Positions 23,110 to 53,348 of a stretch of DNA of 59,714 bases are shown here, piece after piece; within the stretch, counting starts at the first letter, position 1, and every line of letters starts with the position of its first letter. The stretch spans positions 1 to 59,714 of the forward strand of contig JAHBMJ010000019.1 in assembly GCA_018398765.1 (NCBI GenBank), in the 5' to 3' direction. The notes under the pieces were generated by a model. That model saw nothing but the letters and a program-made list of their open reading frames with translations. It was not told where the DNA came from and searched no databases. Source of the stretch: Chromera velia (taxonomy: Eukaryota). The position numbers and the translations under genes were made by a program.

Positions 23110-25301
23110 TTTCCTGTTTTTTCTAATCATGATGCCATCAAGTCAGATAAAAAGACATATGAAGAGCAATTAACTATCACTCTGATTCCGTTTTTTTTTT
23201 TAAATCGTGCGATACAATAGTGGTGTTCACCTAGACACCTACGATAGAGAGCTTAATTGGTAGTTTACCTCAGCGACGCAGTCTTATACATATCGCCATC
23301 TCACGCACAGATTGATTGACAGCGCTAAGCACTCTTTTTTTCTGTTTTTTTTTTCAGTGTTTTCACTTTTTTCTACATACTTGTATTTATCATCATAAGG
23401 GATATGAGATAAGAAAATTATTGGTGCCCGCAGATCAACCTACTAAGATTATAGTAAGATATCAACTCATAGATGAGAGTCTGCAAGTAGAAAGCTTATT
23501 ACAGTCATATTCTAGGTCATATTTACTACTGAGTAAGTGAACTCTGAGGAAACTGCATTTAAGATCCGTTCCTAGTATGTCCGCCTCTCTCTTACTCTTC
23601 CTTCATCTACGCACCATTGCAACACCTCTAGCTACATTACATCACGCTAAGTTCTAGTCGATCGATCACTCTTGTATGGTTTAGTCGTCTATGATGATGA
23701 GTGCACTGCTGAATCCCCCCATCTCTCCCCCTTCGCTTGAGTAGCCTCGCGTGCCCATAATGCATGCACTTGCTGCCCATAGGTGGGTGACTTACAACCG
23801 CGCTCGGATTCGTCCACACACCTTCCCATACCCCTGCCCTCAGACTGAGTTCTCACTTAACAGTCTAGCCAGCCTGCACAGGAATGTGTTGGCTTCCTTG
23901 TGAAGTGTGCCATCAACTAGACTCACCAGTGGGATTAAGTCGTATCCGCTGTCCCTACATGCCCCTGCGTGCTTCGTTTTCTTCTCTTGAGCTTGGGAAG
24001 AGAGGACGGCGGTCTAGGGGGTATTATCTTTGGAAGCGGCATACGGGTTGCTCACTGTTGTATCGAAAATTGCCAGCCTCTGTCAGATGTACGCCCCCCG
24101 CACCTGGAAGTCCGCTTTCAGCCCTGGGCACCCCGGCACTTCCCCTTCCTCCCGGATGATGGGTTCGCGACTGTAAATGAATAATTACTTAAACATTGAT
24201 CGATTGATTGATTGGTTCCGCATTAGTCTAAGCAGTCTAGGCCTTCGAGCTATGTCAAGGAGTCGCAAATTAAGAAATTGAATTACTATAAATTAATATG
24301 ATATATCATTGATGATGGCTGATAACAATTCTGTGCCGCAAGGTGTATGCGTGCTCGCGCATGCCTGGGCGTATGCCGTATACCGTCTGAGACTGCCGCT
24401 ACCGCCGACTAGGGAGGCTAACCCGCGTGACGGCCTGCGTGGGGGAGCCTATGGGAGCCTGCAGCCGCATACACCATCACCTAGACCGGCACATACCATC
24501 TGGTACTAGGTCCGGTACCGCTCAGACTGATCGCGCATGTGCACTCTGTAGCACGTACACAACAATGACAATGACATCATGATGATTCGTGATTCTCCTA
24601 ATATATACATTAGTGTTATTATTATACTAGTTATTATATATATTAAATGCAAACATTCCCTTGCCTAACGTTAGAAGTCTAGTTAGAAGTATCCGCAACT
24701 GAATAGTATGGATAGCGATAGCACGTCATAGTCATAAACATATAGATTCAAATATAATTAAATGAGATAGGATACGATGTTCACGAAATTTTCGTGGTCA
24801 CTTAGAATATTTCAACTGTAGGATGGAATAAAGAGTTAATATTCCAGGTTGGTGATAATGATTTAATTCGTACCTTAGATGTGCCTTAGGTAAAGCACTG
24901 TCGCTGTCCTACCAGAAGTGCGGTCCACTCAGGCTGGCACTGCCGGGCCTCGACTTACACCGTCGACAGGTTGTTCAGACTAGCGTTCAGAGCTTTAGAC
25001 AACTGGATGCATGTCAGTGCAGATGGAGCGCTAGATGGAGCGTTTTCTAGAGCGTTTTAGACCTACCTCTCGATCAGGCCTAGGTGTCAGGAACTTTCTT
25101 GATCGACAAGTGATTCAGTCGGTCGATCGAATCTGTCGAACAAAATCAAATAGGCCATGCCAGAGAGAGATCGTTCAAGTTCGCAAAAGGCTTACAACAG
25201 AAGATCAAAAATTAACGATCTGTAGCATGCGGATTGGAGCAGTGCCGCTGTCCCCAGGGTCTTCCGTTCGCTAAGCAGAGGGGGGGAGGGAGGGAGGGAG
25301 G

Positions 25302-25333
<32 letters not shown>

Positions 25334-25763
25334 ACAGAATTCAAACATGTTCGCTTCACCTCATTTCCCATTGAAATATGATGTTGCATGGGTTCAGAGT
25401 GATGGTACCCTGCCAGTCAGCCCCTGCATGCTCCCCTCAGCGACTCATCGGCTTAATTAATTGTATGTGTTGCAGCAGTCTCCAATCCAACTGTTGCTTG
25501 AGGACACACACATGGAGGGAGGGACAAGAATTCCGCTTCGAAATCAAGAATCGGGCATCAACCCCATAGATATGTGCGTGTTCATTCCATCCATCCATCC
25601 ATCCATCCATCCATCCATCCATCGGACTGATCGAGCTAGACAGACAGGCAGACAGATCCCCAGCGACCGACCGTCCGGCCGTCTCCCTTGCAATGAATTA
25701 ATTCAACGATCGATCAATCGATCAGACCAAGCCGGTGCCGGTGCAATCAAATCCCCAATGAAC

Positions 25764-25795
<32 letters not shown>

Positions 25796-25959
25796 AAAAA
25801 AAAAACAAAAATCGATCAGACCAAGCCCATACCTTGCCGGTGCGCCCTAGCTCCTGCTTGCAAGTACATACATACAAACACGCCCTAGCTAGCTAGAGAC
25901 GTGCACGAACGCACGCACGCCAGGAGGATCCAGGCAGCCAAAATTGCACGCATGAGTAC

Positions 25960-26205
25960 GCAAAGCTTCTTTTCCTGTACGTTCCTTGTTTTTCAGTCGT
26001 TCGTTCTACTTTCTTCCAAGCTTCTTTTCCTGTTCCTTGTTTTTCAGTCGTTCGCAAAGCTTCTTTTCCTGTACATTCCTTGTTTTTCAGTCGTTCGTTC
26101 TACTTTCTTCCAAGCTTCTTTTCCTGTTTCTTGTTTTTCAGTCGTTCGCAAAGCTTCTTTTCCTGTACGTTCCTTGTTTTTCAGTCGTTCGTTCTACTTT
26201 CTTCC
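25960..26205. repeat. 94-bp higher-order tandem repeat (two related subunits), about 2.6 copies
   Basis: GCAAAGCTTCTTTTCCTGTAC starts at 25960, 26054 and 26148. Each period has two AAGCTTCTTTTCCTG...TTGTTTTTCAGTCGTTCG subunits. Confidence 0.85.
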
Positions 26206-26317
26206 TTCCTTCATCTGATCGAGCATGCAGGAGCTAGCTCGATTCTGTAATTGCCTGCCTGCCTGCCTGGGAGGACATTGAAGGAAATCAACGGACAGAT
26301 CGGAAGATGAATACATC

Positions 26318-26704
26318 ATGCATGGGAGGGCAAGAGCTAGGGGGATCGACAGAATTGGACGTTCCCACTCTTTTATGAAAAAGAATTCTGTATCAAAATA
26401 AATGCATGGGAGGGCAAGAGCTAGGGGGATCGACAGAATTGGACGTTCCCACGCTTTTATGAAAAAGAATTCTGTATCAAAATAAATGCATGGGAGGGCA
26501 AGAGCTAGGGGGATCGACAGAATTGGACGTTCCCACTCTTTTATGAAAAAGAATTCTGTATCAAAATAAATGCATGGGAGGGCAAGAGCTAGGGGGATCG
26601 ACAGAATTGGACGTTCCCACTCTTTTATGAAAAAGAATTCTGTATCAAAATAAATGCATGGGAGGGCAAGAGCTAGGGGGATCGACAGAATTGGACCTTC
26701 CCAT
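26318..26704. repeat. 84-bp tandem repeat: five copies of about 50 bp of local sequence separated by four single arms of the hairpin element
   Basis: Units start at 26318, 26402, 26486, 26570 and 26654. The spacer TTTTATGAAAAAGAATTCTGTATCAAAATAAATGCATG matches the right arm seen near 9500-9536. Confidence 0.9.
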
Positions 26705-27193
26705 GCACTCATGCATGGAGTGAGTAAGTGAGTGAGTGAGTGAGTGAGTAAGTGAGTAAGTGAGTAAGTGAGTGAGTGAGTGAGTGAGTAAAAGAGTCGA
26801 TCATCGTGAAAGGAAACATGCATGCATGCATGCATCATGCAGGAATTAGGGAATTGCAACTGATCGAGGCCGCCGGGAGGAATTCAGTAAATCATCCACC
26901 AGCAAGAAAAACAAACAAACAAGTCTGCACATGCATGGAGGTACGCAAGAACGGAGGAAAAGAAAGAAAGAAAGAAAGAAAGAAAGAAAACAAGAAAGGA
27001 GGAGAAGAAGGAAGCCTGGGAGGTTGCTTTTTGCTTGCTTGCTGGACAATAAATGATCGAGACAGCTCTCTGGTCGCTTCGTGAGGAAGGCAACACAGGC
27101 TGTCCTTGAGCAATATCGAGATGAGAGGACCGAGCAGTCAGGCAATCCATGAGTTAAATGAGAAGACACGAGCGCACGACAAGACCAAATCCT

Positions 27194-27530
27194 NNNNNNN
27201 NNNNNNNNNNNNNNNNNNNNNNNNNNNNNNNNNNNNNNNNNNNNNNNNNNNNNNNNNNNNNNNNNNNNNNNNNNNNNNNNNNNNNNNNNNNNNNNNNNNN
27301 NNNNNNNNNNNNNNNNNNNNNNNNNNNNNNNNNNNNNNNNNNNNNNNNNNNNNNNNNNNNNNNNNNNNNNNNNNNNNNNNNNNNNNNNNNNNNNNNNNNN
27401 NNNNNNNNNNNNNNNNNNNNNNNNNNNNNNNNNNNNNNNNNNNNNNNNNNNNNNNNNNNNNNNNNNNNNNNNNNNNNNNNNNNNNNNNNNNNNNNNNNNN
27501 NNNNNNNNNNNNNNNNNNNNNNNNNNNNNN
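27194..27530. other. assembly gap
   Basis: Run of N abutting poly-G. Confidence 1.
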
Positions 27531-27949
27531 GGGGGGGGGGGGGAAGGGAGGAAGATCGATCGTCATACCCGACACAACGAATCGCGAAAATGTCTCTTCC
27601 TGCATGCATATACTTTCTCTTTCAAGGGAGAGTTTGGAACACTTCATGCATACACACACACACACACACACACACACAGAGAGATGGATACACACACAGA
27701 CGGGGGGGGGGGAAGAGGCCAATGAGGTGACCCGCAACCGTTGTTGACGTGGAGACGGAGGTATATGTGGACAATTAAATCATTGCAAGCAGAACAATTA
27801 AAATTGTACGTGGCGGGAGGGAGCACGAATTAAAAAATTTAAATTGGACGTACAGCAAAGCAAAACCTCAGAGGGCGAACATGCATGCAAAGGAACGGAG
27901 AGGAGAGTGGTTTGTCTGTCTGTGAATCTATCGATCGATCCGCCGGGGT

Positions 27950-28177
27950 TTCTTCCTTCTTTCCTTCCTTCCTTCCTTCGTTCCTTCCTTCGTTCGTTCC
28001 TTCCTTCCTTCGTTCCTTCCTTCCTTCCTTCATTCCTTCCTTTGTTCGTTCCTTCCTTTGTTCTTTCCTTCCTTCCTTCGTTCGTTGGTTCGTTCCTTCC
28101 TTCCTTCGTTCCTTCCTTCCTTCATTCCTTCCTTCGTTCGTTCCTTCCTTTGTTCCTTCCTTCCTTCCTTCCTTCCT
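27950..28177. repeat. (TTCC/TTCG)n microsatellite
   Basis: Direct inspection. Confidence 0.9.
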
Positions 28178-28647
28178 GACCGCCTGCGTGTCTGTCTATC
28201 TGCAGGATCTTGATTGTGCTCGACGAGCGAGCTAGCTAAGTAAAAAGAAAATTTGACACAATTACGAAAACATTCAAGTTTGTGCTCTGGAACTCATTCT
28301 GCGTCTCCTGACAGCTTGGCTGTCTGTCTGTCTGCATGTCCTCTCTGCTTTCTTTGGCTTTCCTGTCGTTTCTTTACCATGCATGCATCGTTCTGCCATG
28401 AAGATGATCGAACAACTCTAACAAGTGTGCAAGTAAAATGGGAGAAACCCCTGGGGCCTAATTGAATCGCTCCCTTTATTTATGCGGTGGTGCTGCAATC
28501 GTTGCACCAGCTCCCCTTCTTCCGTAAACCTTCCTTACAGAAGTCAGAGACCTGCATGCCTGTTTGAGCAAGTTCTGGGAGAATTGCTTGAAGCAAGGGA
28601 GAAAAAGGGAGTTTTGCTCGCTCACGGATGCACTAGTCAAAAAAGGG

Positions 28648-28685
<38 letters not shown>

Positions 28686-28688
28686 CAG

Positions 28689-28729
<41 letters not shown>

Positions 28730-29725
28730 TCAACTCCTTTACTCCGCTGAATCTCATCCGCTCACCTCATGGAGTTGCCAAGCGTTTTCGTTTGTTCAGG
28801 AGGAGGGGAGAATTCAGACGCTCAAGTTTTCCATCAGTCGATCATCGAGATGAGGAAATGGTCCACGCACGCACGCACTCACCAAAGAAAAATGGAATGA
28901 ATGCATGAACAAAACAGAAGGAAGGAAGGAAGGACCAACAACCCCTGCATGGATGCATGCATCAATGACGTCCCCGCATGATGCATGATCGATCGATCGA
29001 TGCATGCAGTCCTTCCCTCCTTCCTTCCTCCATACATCCTTCCGTCCCTGCCTCCTCAATCAATTCCCTTTAGGAAGGACTGAGGAGGAGGAGGAGGAGG
29101 AGGAGGAGGAGTACAGAATGCATGACGTATGTGATCTGATCGCATGCAGGCTTCCTTTCCTTTCCTTTCCTTGTCCATCCGTCGATCGCGCGCCTGCAGA
29201 CGTACTAGTTTCCTTGCACCTGACCAAATCTACTAAACGAATAAACGACATGCAGACATTCTTGGTTGATTACAGTCAGGTGAATTAAATTGAATAGAAT
29301 TGAAAAACTCGATCTGACTGGATGGATGGATTGACTGATTGATTGATTCAAGGTTCGATCGATCGATCGATCGATCGATCGATGCCCTGAATTCCCTCCC
29401 ATCCGGCCATGATCGAAGACATGTATGCATACAGGTGGCCGCATGGCTGCATGCGTAGGCCCTCCGGCCGGTCGGACAATGCACTCACTGCCTCCCTCGA
29501 TCGATGTTCAGCAAGGCCGGCCGGGTCGGGGCGGGGGGGGGCCTCTTGACTTGATCAAGCCGCATTCCTTGCAGTGTTCCCTCATCAGTCGAAATACTTA
29601 CGGAACTCTCTCTCTCTCCCTCTCTCTCTTTTTTTTTGTCTCTTTGTGTCTTGTCTTGTCTGGACAACTTGTCTCCTTCATCCAGTCACTCAGTCACTCA
29701 GTCAGTTCCTGTGAGAACCGGTCAG

Positions 29726-30070
29726 TCACTCAGTCAGCTTTTCCCTTCCTGTACGTTCCTCTTCCCCTTCTTGCTCGAGGAAGGACGCTTTCTTGTTGGA
29801 GGGGTTCTTTTTTTTTGACGCCTTCCGTCTCTCTCGGACGGTCTCGAGAGGAGTCATCGCACTCACCAGCTGCAAACAAATGCACACATGCATGCAGTGC
29901 AGGGCAGGTCTTATGACCGGAAAAGAAAAATCACTCAAGCGCACAAGGCAAAAAAATCCCTCGGAGTCCTTCCTGCATGTGAAGGAGGCGAGAGTGGATC
30001 GATCGAGACCAGAAAGGGTCCTCAGCTTAGGTTAAGAAATAAAAACGACTGCGAAAGAAAGAAAGCGAAA

Positions 30071-30102
<32 letters not shown>

Positions 30103-31614
30103 CAGACAGACAAACAGACAGAAAGACAGAAAGACAGAAAGACAGAAAGAAAGAACGGAAGGAAGGAAGGAAGGAAGGAAGAAAGAAATAAAGAAAGAAA
30201 GAAAGAAAGGAAGGAAGGAAGGAAGAAAGGAAGGAAGGAAGGAAGAAAGAAATAAAGAAAGAAAGAAAGGAAGGAAGGAAGGAAGGAAGGAAGAAAGGAA
30301 GGAAGGAGGGAAGGAAGAAAGAAAGAAAGAAAGAAAGAAATAAATAAATAAAGAAAGAAAGGAAGGAAGGAAGGAAGGAAGAAAGGAAGGAAGGAAGGAA
30401 GGAAGAAAGAAAGAAATAAATAAAGAAAGGAAGGAAGGAAGGAAGGAAGAAAGGAAGAAAGGAAGCAAGGAAGGAAGGAAGGAAGAAAGAAATAAAGAAA
30501 GAAAGAAAGGAAGGAAGGAAGGAAGGGAGGGAGGGAGGGAGGGAGGGAGGGAGGGAGGAAGGAAGACGACGGAATGTGCGGGCGAGGAGAGCACTTGGGT
30601 TGGAGGAAACGAATGAAGGCAGCACGATCGAAAGAAAGACTGAGGAGGCGAAAGATGAATGTGTGCATGCATGTTGTGTAACGGGAAATGAAGAAAAGAC
30701 CCTCACAGTGAGAGAGAGGCGAGCGCAACAACAAGTATTTACGTATGTGTGTGCGTGTCCGTCGGTGTGCGTGCGCGCGCGTCACTGTGTGTGTATCTAT
30801 TTATCCACGTGTGTTTGCTTGCACACGGATTGATGCAAGTAAATTCATTCCTAAAACCAATGCAGGTAAGTGTGTATGCGTCATCTACTTTGTACACACA
30901 AGGAGAGCTTACAAGCCCACTATTGTCCAGAGTGAATTCAGTCTTTCGAACTCACGCACTCACTAACTCACTCACTCACTCTCTTGATTTCCCCTGGTGA
31001 TCCTGGTGGTCGTTGCAGACCCAGGGGGGGACTCAGAGACTCCACAGGGGCCTGGTGCCATTGGGTTTTCTCCTCCTGGCCTCCTGCCCATGATATCATG
31101 GCGGCTTCTTCGACATTCGGAATGGAGAGGGGTCCCTGAGATGGATAGATAGAAAGATAGATAGATAGATAGATAGTCACATAGATAGATAGATACATAC
31201 ATACATACATAGATAGCGAGTTTCAATGCACGTGAGTAAGAGGGTAATGAATGAATGACTGAAAGAAAGAATGAATGAACGCATCAATGAATCAATGAAT
31301 TAAGGAATGAATGGATGAATGGGTGAATGAATGAAGGGGTGAATGGATGAATGAAGGGATTAGTGGATGAATGAAAGGATGGATGGATGGATCGACTGCT
31401 TCGAGTCGGTCCAGAGAGAGTCTGTAGCCTGCGCATTGCAATCAACGTGGTCCCTCCGGGAGGAGGGCGGGGCGAAATTATGTGTCACAGTGCCCGTGTG
31501 TGTGTTGTTCCACTTCCCTCCCTTTGTGTCTCTCTCCTTCTGTCTGGAAGTGGGAGCGCGCGTAACCACGTGTTCGTGTGTGTGTGTGTGTGTGTGTGTG
31601 TGTCTGCGTTTGAG

Positions 31615-31694
<80 letters not shown>

Positions 31695-31697
31695 CGA

Positions 31698-31729
<32 letters not shown>

Positions 31730-33655
31730 CTCACTCATAGGGCGGCGGCGGGGTTTAAAATAGACGAGACTGAGATAGAGGACGAAAGAGAGAGAAGTAT
31801 ACCCACACAGACATACACACACATTCACAGACAGACAAAGGAAGAGCGAGAGAGAGAGAGAGAGAAAGAGGGGGGGGAAAGAGACACCGAAAAAGAAATT
31901 CAAGTTCCAGGCAAAATCGAAGAGGAAGGCTCTTTTAATTGACTTAACTCACCTTGCTGCTTCCTCTGCGGATCGGGGAGAGTTGTCTGAGTCTCTTCTG
32001 CATCATCTTGACGGACACTGTGGGGGGACAGGTAAAAACCCTGGGGCAAGACCCAGGGGAGGTCGGAGGACTCCGGGCAACGTCACCGGGGGCACTGGAG
32101 CTCCGGTGGTTTTCCACCAACTCCGTGGGAAATTGGGGGGAGACCTGCGAGATGATCATGGGTGGGTGAGTGTGGGGTTCACGACCATGCATGACCACAC
32201 GATGGATGCATATACGTGCACGGAGATCGATCGATGGATGGATGGATCGGTGCGCATGCATGATATGATATTGATACGAAGACCTGCATTGATGCCTGCA
32301 CGCACGAGTTTTGACGTACACCATCGGACCCCTGTGGATCGATCGGGGGCTGCGCTGCTTGTCTTGAAGAGACTCGATCAGTAGGGGAGGCAGGAGCTGG
32401 GAAGGAGTGACAGGTTGGAAAAGAATGTCAATTGACGGAAGAATAAACAAAAGTGGACTCTCGCGCGGCAAGAGGGAAAAAGGACGATACAAAGAAAAAC
32501 AGGAATCTGATGATGATGATGATGATTGATTGGCTTACCTCGCTTTGCGAAGCACATTCCGGGCGTTTTTTCCCTTCCGAGTTGAAGTGAGGGTTGGCAG
32601 AGACGGCCCTCGAGGCCGTCTTCAAAGGAAGGGGTGCAGCACTGCCAGTTTCCCCGCCCCCAGTCAACCCTGTGGGTTTGTGCTTCAGCACGGCGGCTCT
32701 CTGATCGATTTGGAATATTCTCTCCTCACAAATTCTTCTTTCCCGATCACGGGGTTGTTTGTCTTCTTCGCGGTCTCTGCTTGAGTCCCTCGGCCCTGTG
32801 CCTTCAGTGCTTCCTCTCACGGGGAGTTTATCAACTCTCTCTCTTTTGTGTTTTGACCCCCCGTCTCCCTCTTCAGAAGCCTTCACTTGGGCCCGTGACA
32901 CGTGGCCCGTCCTCCTTCTCGACTCGTCCTTTTTCTTGCTGTCTGATTCTCTGTCTTTCCCTTCTTTCTCTTCTGAATCCGGCCCATCCTCTACATCGTG
33001 GGTTCCCTTTCCCTTTGTCTCGCCGACTCTCTGCATACAAACAGACATGCGCGTGTTTGCCTACCGTGACCTTGGTCCAAAGGCTTCATGAAGAGTTTAG
33101 AGAAGCACACTATTCAACATCTCACGAGGAGGGGATAGCTTTGTGAACAACAGTGAGGCAGCCACTAAAGATGCATGGGGGCTTTGCTGCTGCCAAGTAC
33201 AGATTTGCTGCGTCTCTTTCTGCGGTTACAGGTTCGACAATGGGTTGATGCTTCGTGAAGAACCACACAAAAGCGAATCCCTGACGAAGAGTGCACAAAT
33301 GCAACAACAAAGTGGAACAGTGACTGACCTTTGCTGGATTATCGTTGCTCACAGAAAGCTGTGACGGCTCTACAAACGGGCTCTTGTGAGAAACCCCAAA
33401 ACGAACCATGGCCAGCTTACAGTGAGCTCCGAGATGAGCGAAGGAAGCGATACCTTCTTCGCTGTCTTCTTCCTCTGGCTGCTCAAAATAGTCTCGTGAG
33501 GCTCCTGAAGCCAGTACTCTTGACTGCGACATTTCGGATGAGCAATGGGTGTTGTCGAAAGGAAAACGGTTTGTTCCGGACGAGCAGGGACTCTTCCTTG
33601 CACATGAAACCTCTTCGTCTCTCGGAGCTTCCGCGCCAAGTGTGGTGACAGACAT
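29726..33655 (-). CDS. multi-exon hypothetical low-complexity protein, model incomplete
   Basis: ATG at 33655 with GTAAG donor after 33421. Phase-0 GT-AG exons at about 33030-32539, 32144-31953 and 31135-30980, and a candidate terminal exon 29869-29726. The link between exon 1 and 33030 is unresolved. The gene might extend toward about 25200. Confidence 0.5.
30035..30562. repeat. long (GAAA/GGAA)n polypurine microsatellite
   Basis: About 530 bp of mixed tetranucleotide purine repeats, intronic in the model above. Confidence 0.95.
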
Positions 33656-34376
33656 ATACAGCCGGTCGGAAGAAAAGTTCAGACCTTATATCGATATATG
33701 TACATGTTGAAATAGTGATATTAGGGTATATAAAGTTCAACGTTCCCCTCAGTTGACTGTTGCTTTGCTTTGCGAATAGGACGGACGATTACAAGTCACC
33801 GCGACGATGTTCCTGCTTCAGACCTTATCCGACGATCGCTCTGCATGACAGTGAGGCTCTTTCGATCATGCATGTCAGATGAAAGGTCGGAAACCGCCGT
33901 ACGTGCGCCATGCAAAGGAAGTTATATCCGGTTAATTGCATGCACGCCGTGGGCCGTGCATGCATTGTGCAGTGCTCACTGCATGAGTGCATGCCGGGGC
34001 CCATCGCGGGGACCTGATGGGCCCTGCAGGTGCACGCAGCTGCATTGGGTATATCTCAGGGTCAGTGTAAGATAGTGTAAGACATTGTAAGACCCATGCT
34101 GACTCTCGATCAGGTAGGCATCAGGAGAACGGGCAACGCGAGTTTTTCAGTGCACGGACTTTCGAAGGGTGACGACCAGCATAAAAAGAAAACTTCCCCC
34201 CCAAATATGGCTTCTAGCATGCAGTCTATCCGTCTCCTCTTCCATTATGCATAGTTGGTCGGGTGGGAAACGATCCGAATGCTCCCTCGTGTGTGCGTGA
34301 AAGAACGGGACTCGAGGAAGACATAGGGGTGAAGGGAAAAGGTCTCTTGGGTCCCCGTGGAGGTGCAGACGATCCG

Positions 34377-52076
<17,700 letters not shown>

Positions 52077-52344
52077 ATACTAAATACAGAAAAAAGGCGT
52101 CTCCACAAACTACCACGAACGTAGTTACAAACGTTCAACAGTCTAGTATTTGAAGTAAACGATGAAAGTTAATTACTAATGTTTTTTACTACTTTCTGCA
52201 CTGATTCGCTGCATTTCATAGTTGTTGGCTTAATTTTGCATTTATAAATCTATAATAAATCTATATAAATCTAAATTTTAAATACATTTATTTCTAAATT
52301 TATGTAAATTCGTATCTTAAAATTTGATTAAACTGCGGTTATTA

Positions 52345-52489
52345 ATGATGATGGAAGTTTTTGTTATGCATGCCGTGTCCTCATATATGAGGGGTGGATC
52401 TACTAGTAGCCTAGTATATTGTTAATCATGATTGAGGGTTTTCTTATGTATGCCGTGTCCCCATATATAAGGGGCGGATCTAGCCTAGT
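52345..52489 (+). repeat. two tandem copies of a ~65-bp motif ending in a small hairpin plus CTAG (Helitron-end-like)
   Basis: TTATGCATGCCGTGTCCTCATATATGAGGGGTGGATCTACTAGT and TTATGTATGCCGTGTCCCCATATATAAGGGGCGGATCTAGCCTAGT. Confidence 0.6.
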
Positions 52490-53144
52490 TTGTCCGCAGC
52501 CTATAGATTTCAGCCTATGAAACTATATGAAACTTATAAAATTTGTATGGCAGCCTATGTTTCTAGAAATGATATAAAAAATCTGTTCCATAGTTCTTTT
52601 TCTATCGATACAGCGTCTTTTTACACAAAGTTTCAGCTTCTAACTCCTTGCCAATTATGAGAACGAGTTTTTTGCGGAAATGCGCCGCTTTAGGGGGGCA
52701 AAAGGCACCCACTCGCCCCCGGCATGCGATGGAATTTGGGTTCGGGTGTTCATAGCACGTCCTAGCATGTCCTAGATTTTTGTAATTTTCTATACATGCA
52801 TGCTCTGCATGTATGTCCTAGGGCATGTCCTAGCACACTACGGCCCGCAGTCATTGCAATCCTTCCCTCTTGTCGGCATTGGTCGGCGCATTAGATCACT
52901 CAGCCTAACATATCCTCACATCATTACACTCACAGCAATTACACTCACAGCTTATCCCGTCGAAAGCAAGGTGAGCTGACAATTCAATCTCGTGTGTGCC
53001 ATGGACTTGCAAAAGGTGTAGCCGGAAGGTGGCGCAGGATCTGCAAAGAAACGGTAGAAAGGGGCCTGAATTCACGCAAGGGAAGGGAGAGAGAGACGAG
53101 CGAGGAGACGGCAGATTTTCAGGAGTCCGTGTCCGTACACGGGA

Positions 53145-53316
53145 ATGTCCTCCACATCTCCTGTGGGCGTGAGAGAGAGGGACGGAAGAACAGAGAGGGA
53201 GTTGATTGACCCGACTGCGATTGCGAACGTCCTCACCGCCATCGAGGACGACGCGTTTTTCGACGACCAGGATCACGTCGGCCTCCTCTCGCTCTTGGTC
53301 AGTGAATCAGTCAGAG

Positions 53317-53348
<32 letters not shown>

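Noticed and set aside
23533..23861. Possible MITE with termini GTAAGTGAACTCTGAGG / CCTCAGACTGAGTTCTCACTTAAC
   Set aside because: The inverted match needs several gaps, there is no TSD, and there is no second copy in the window.
24340..24545. GC-rich island with short inverted repeats, possible ncRNA
   Set aside because: Only 6-7 bp stems and no recognisable tRNA, snRNA or rRNA motif.
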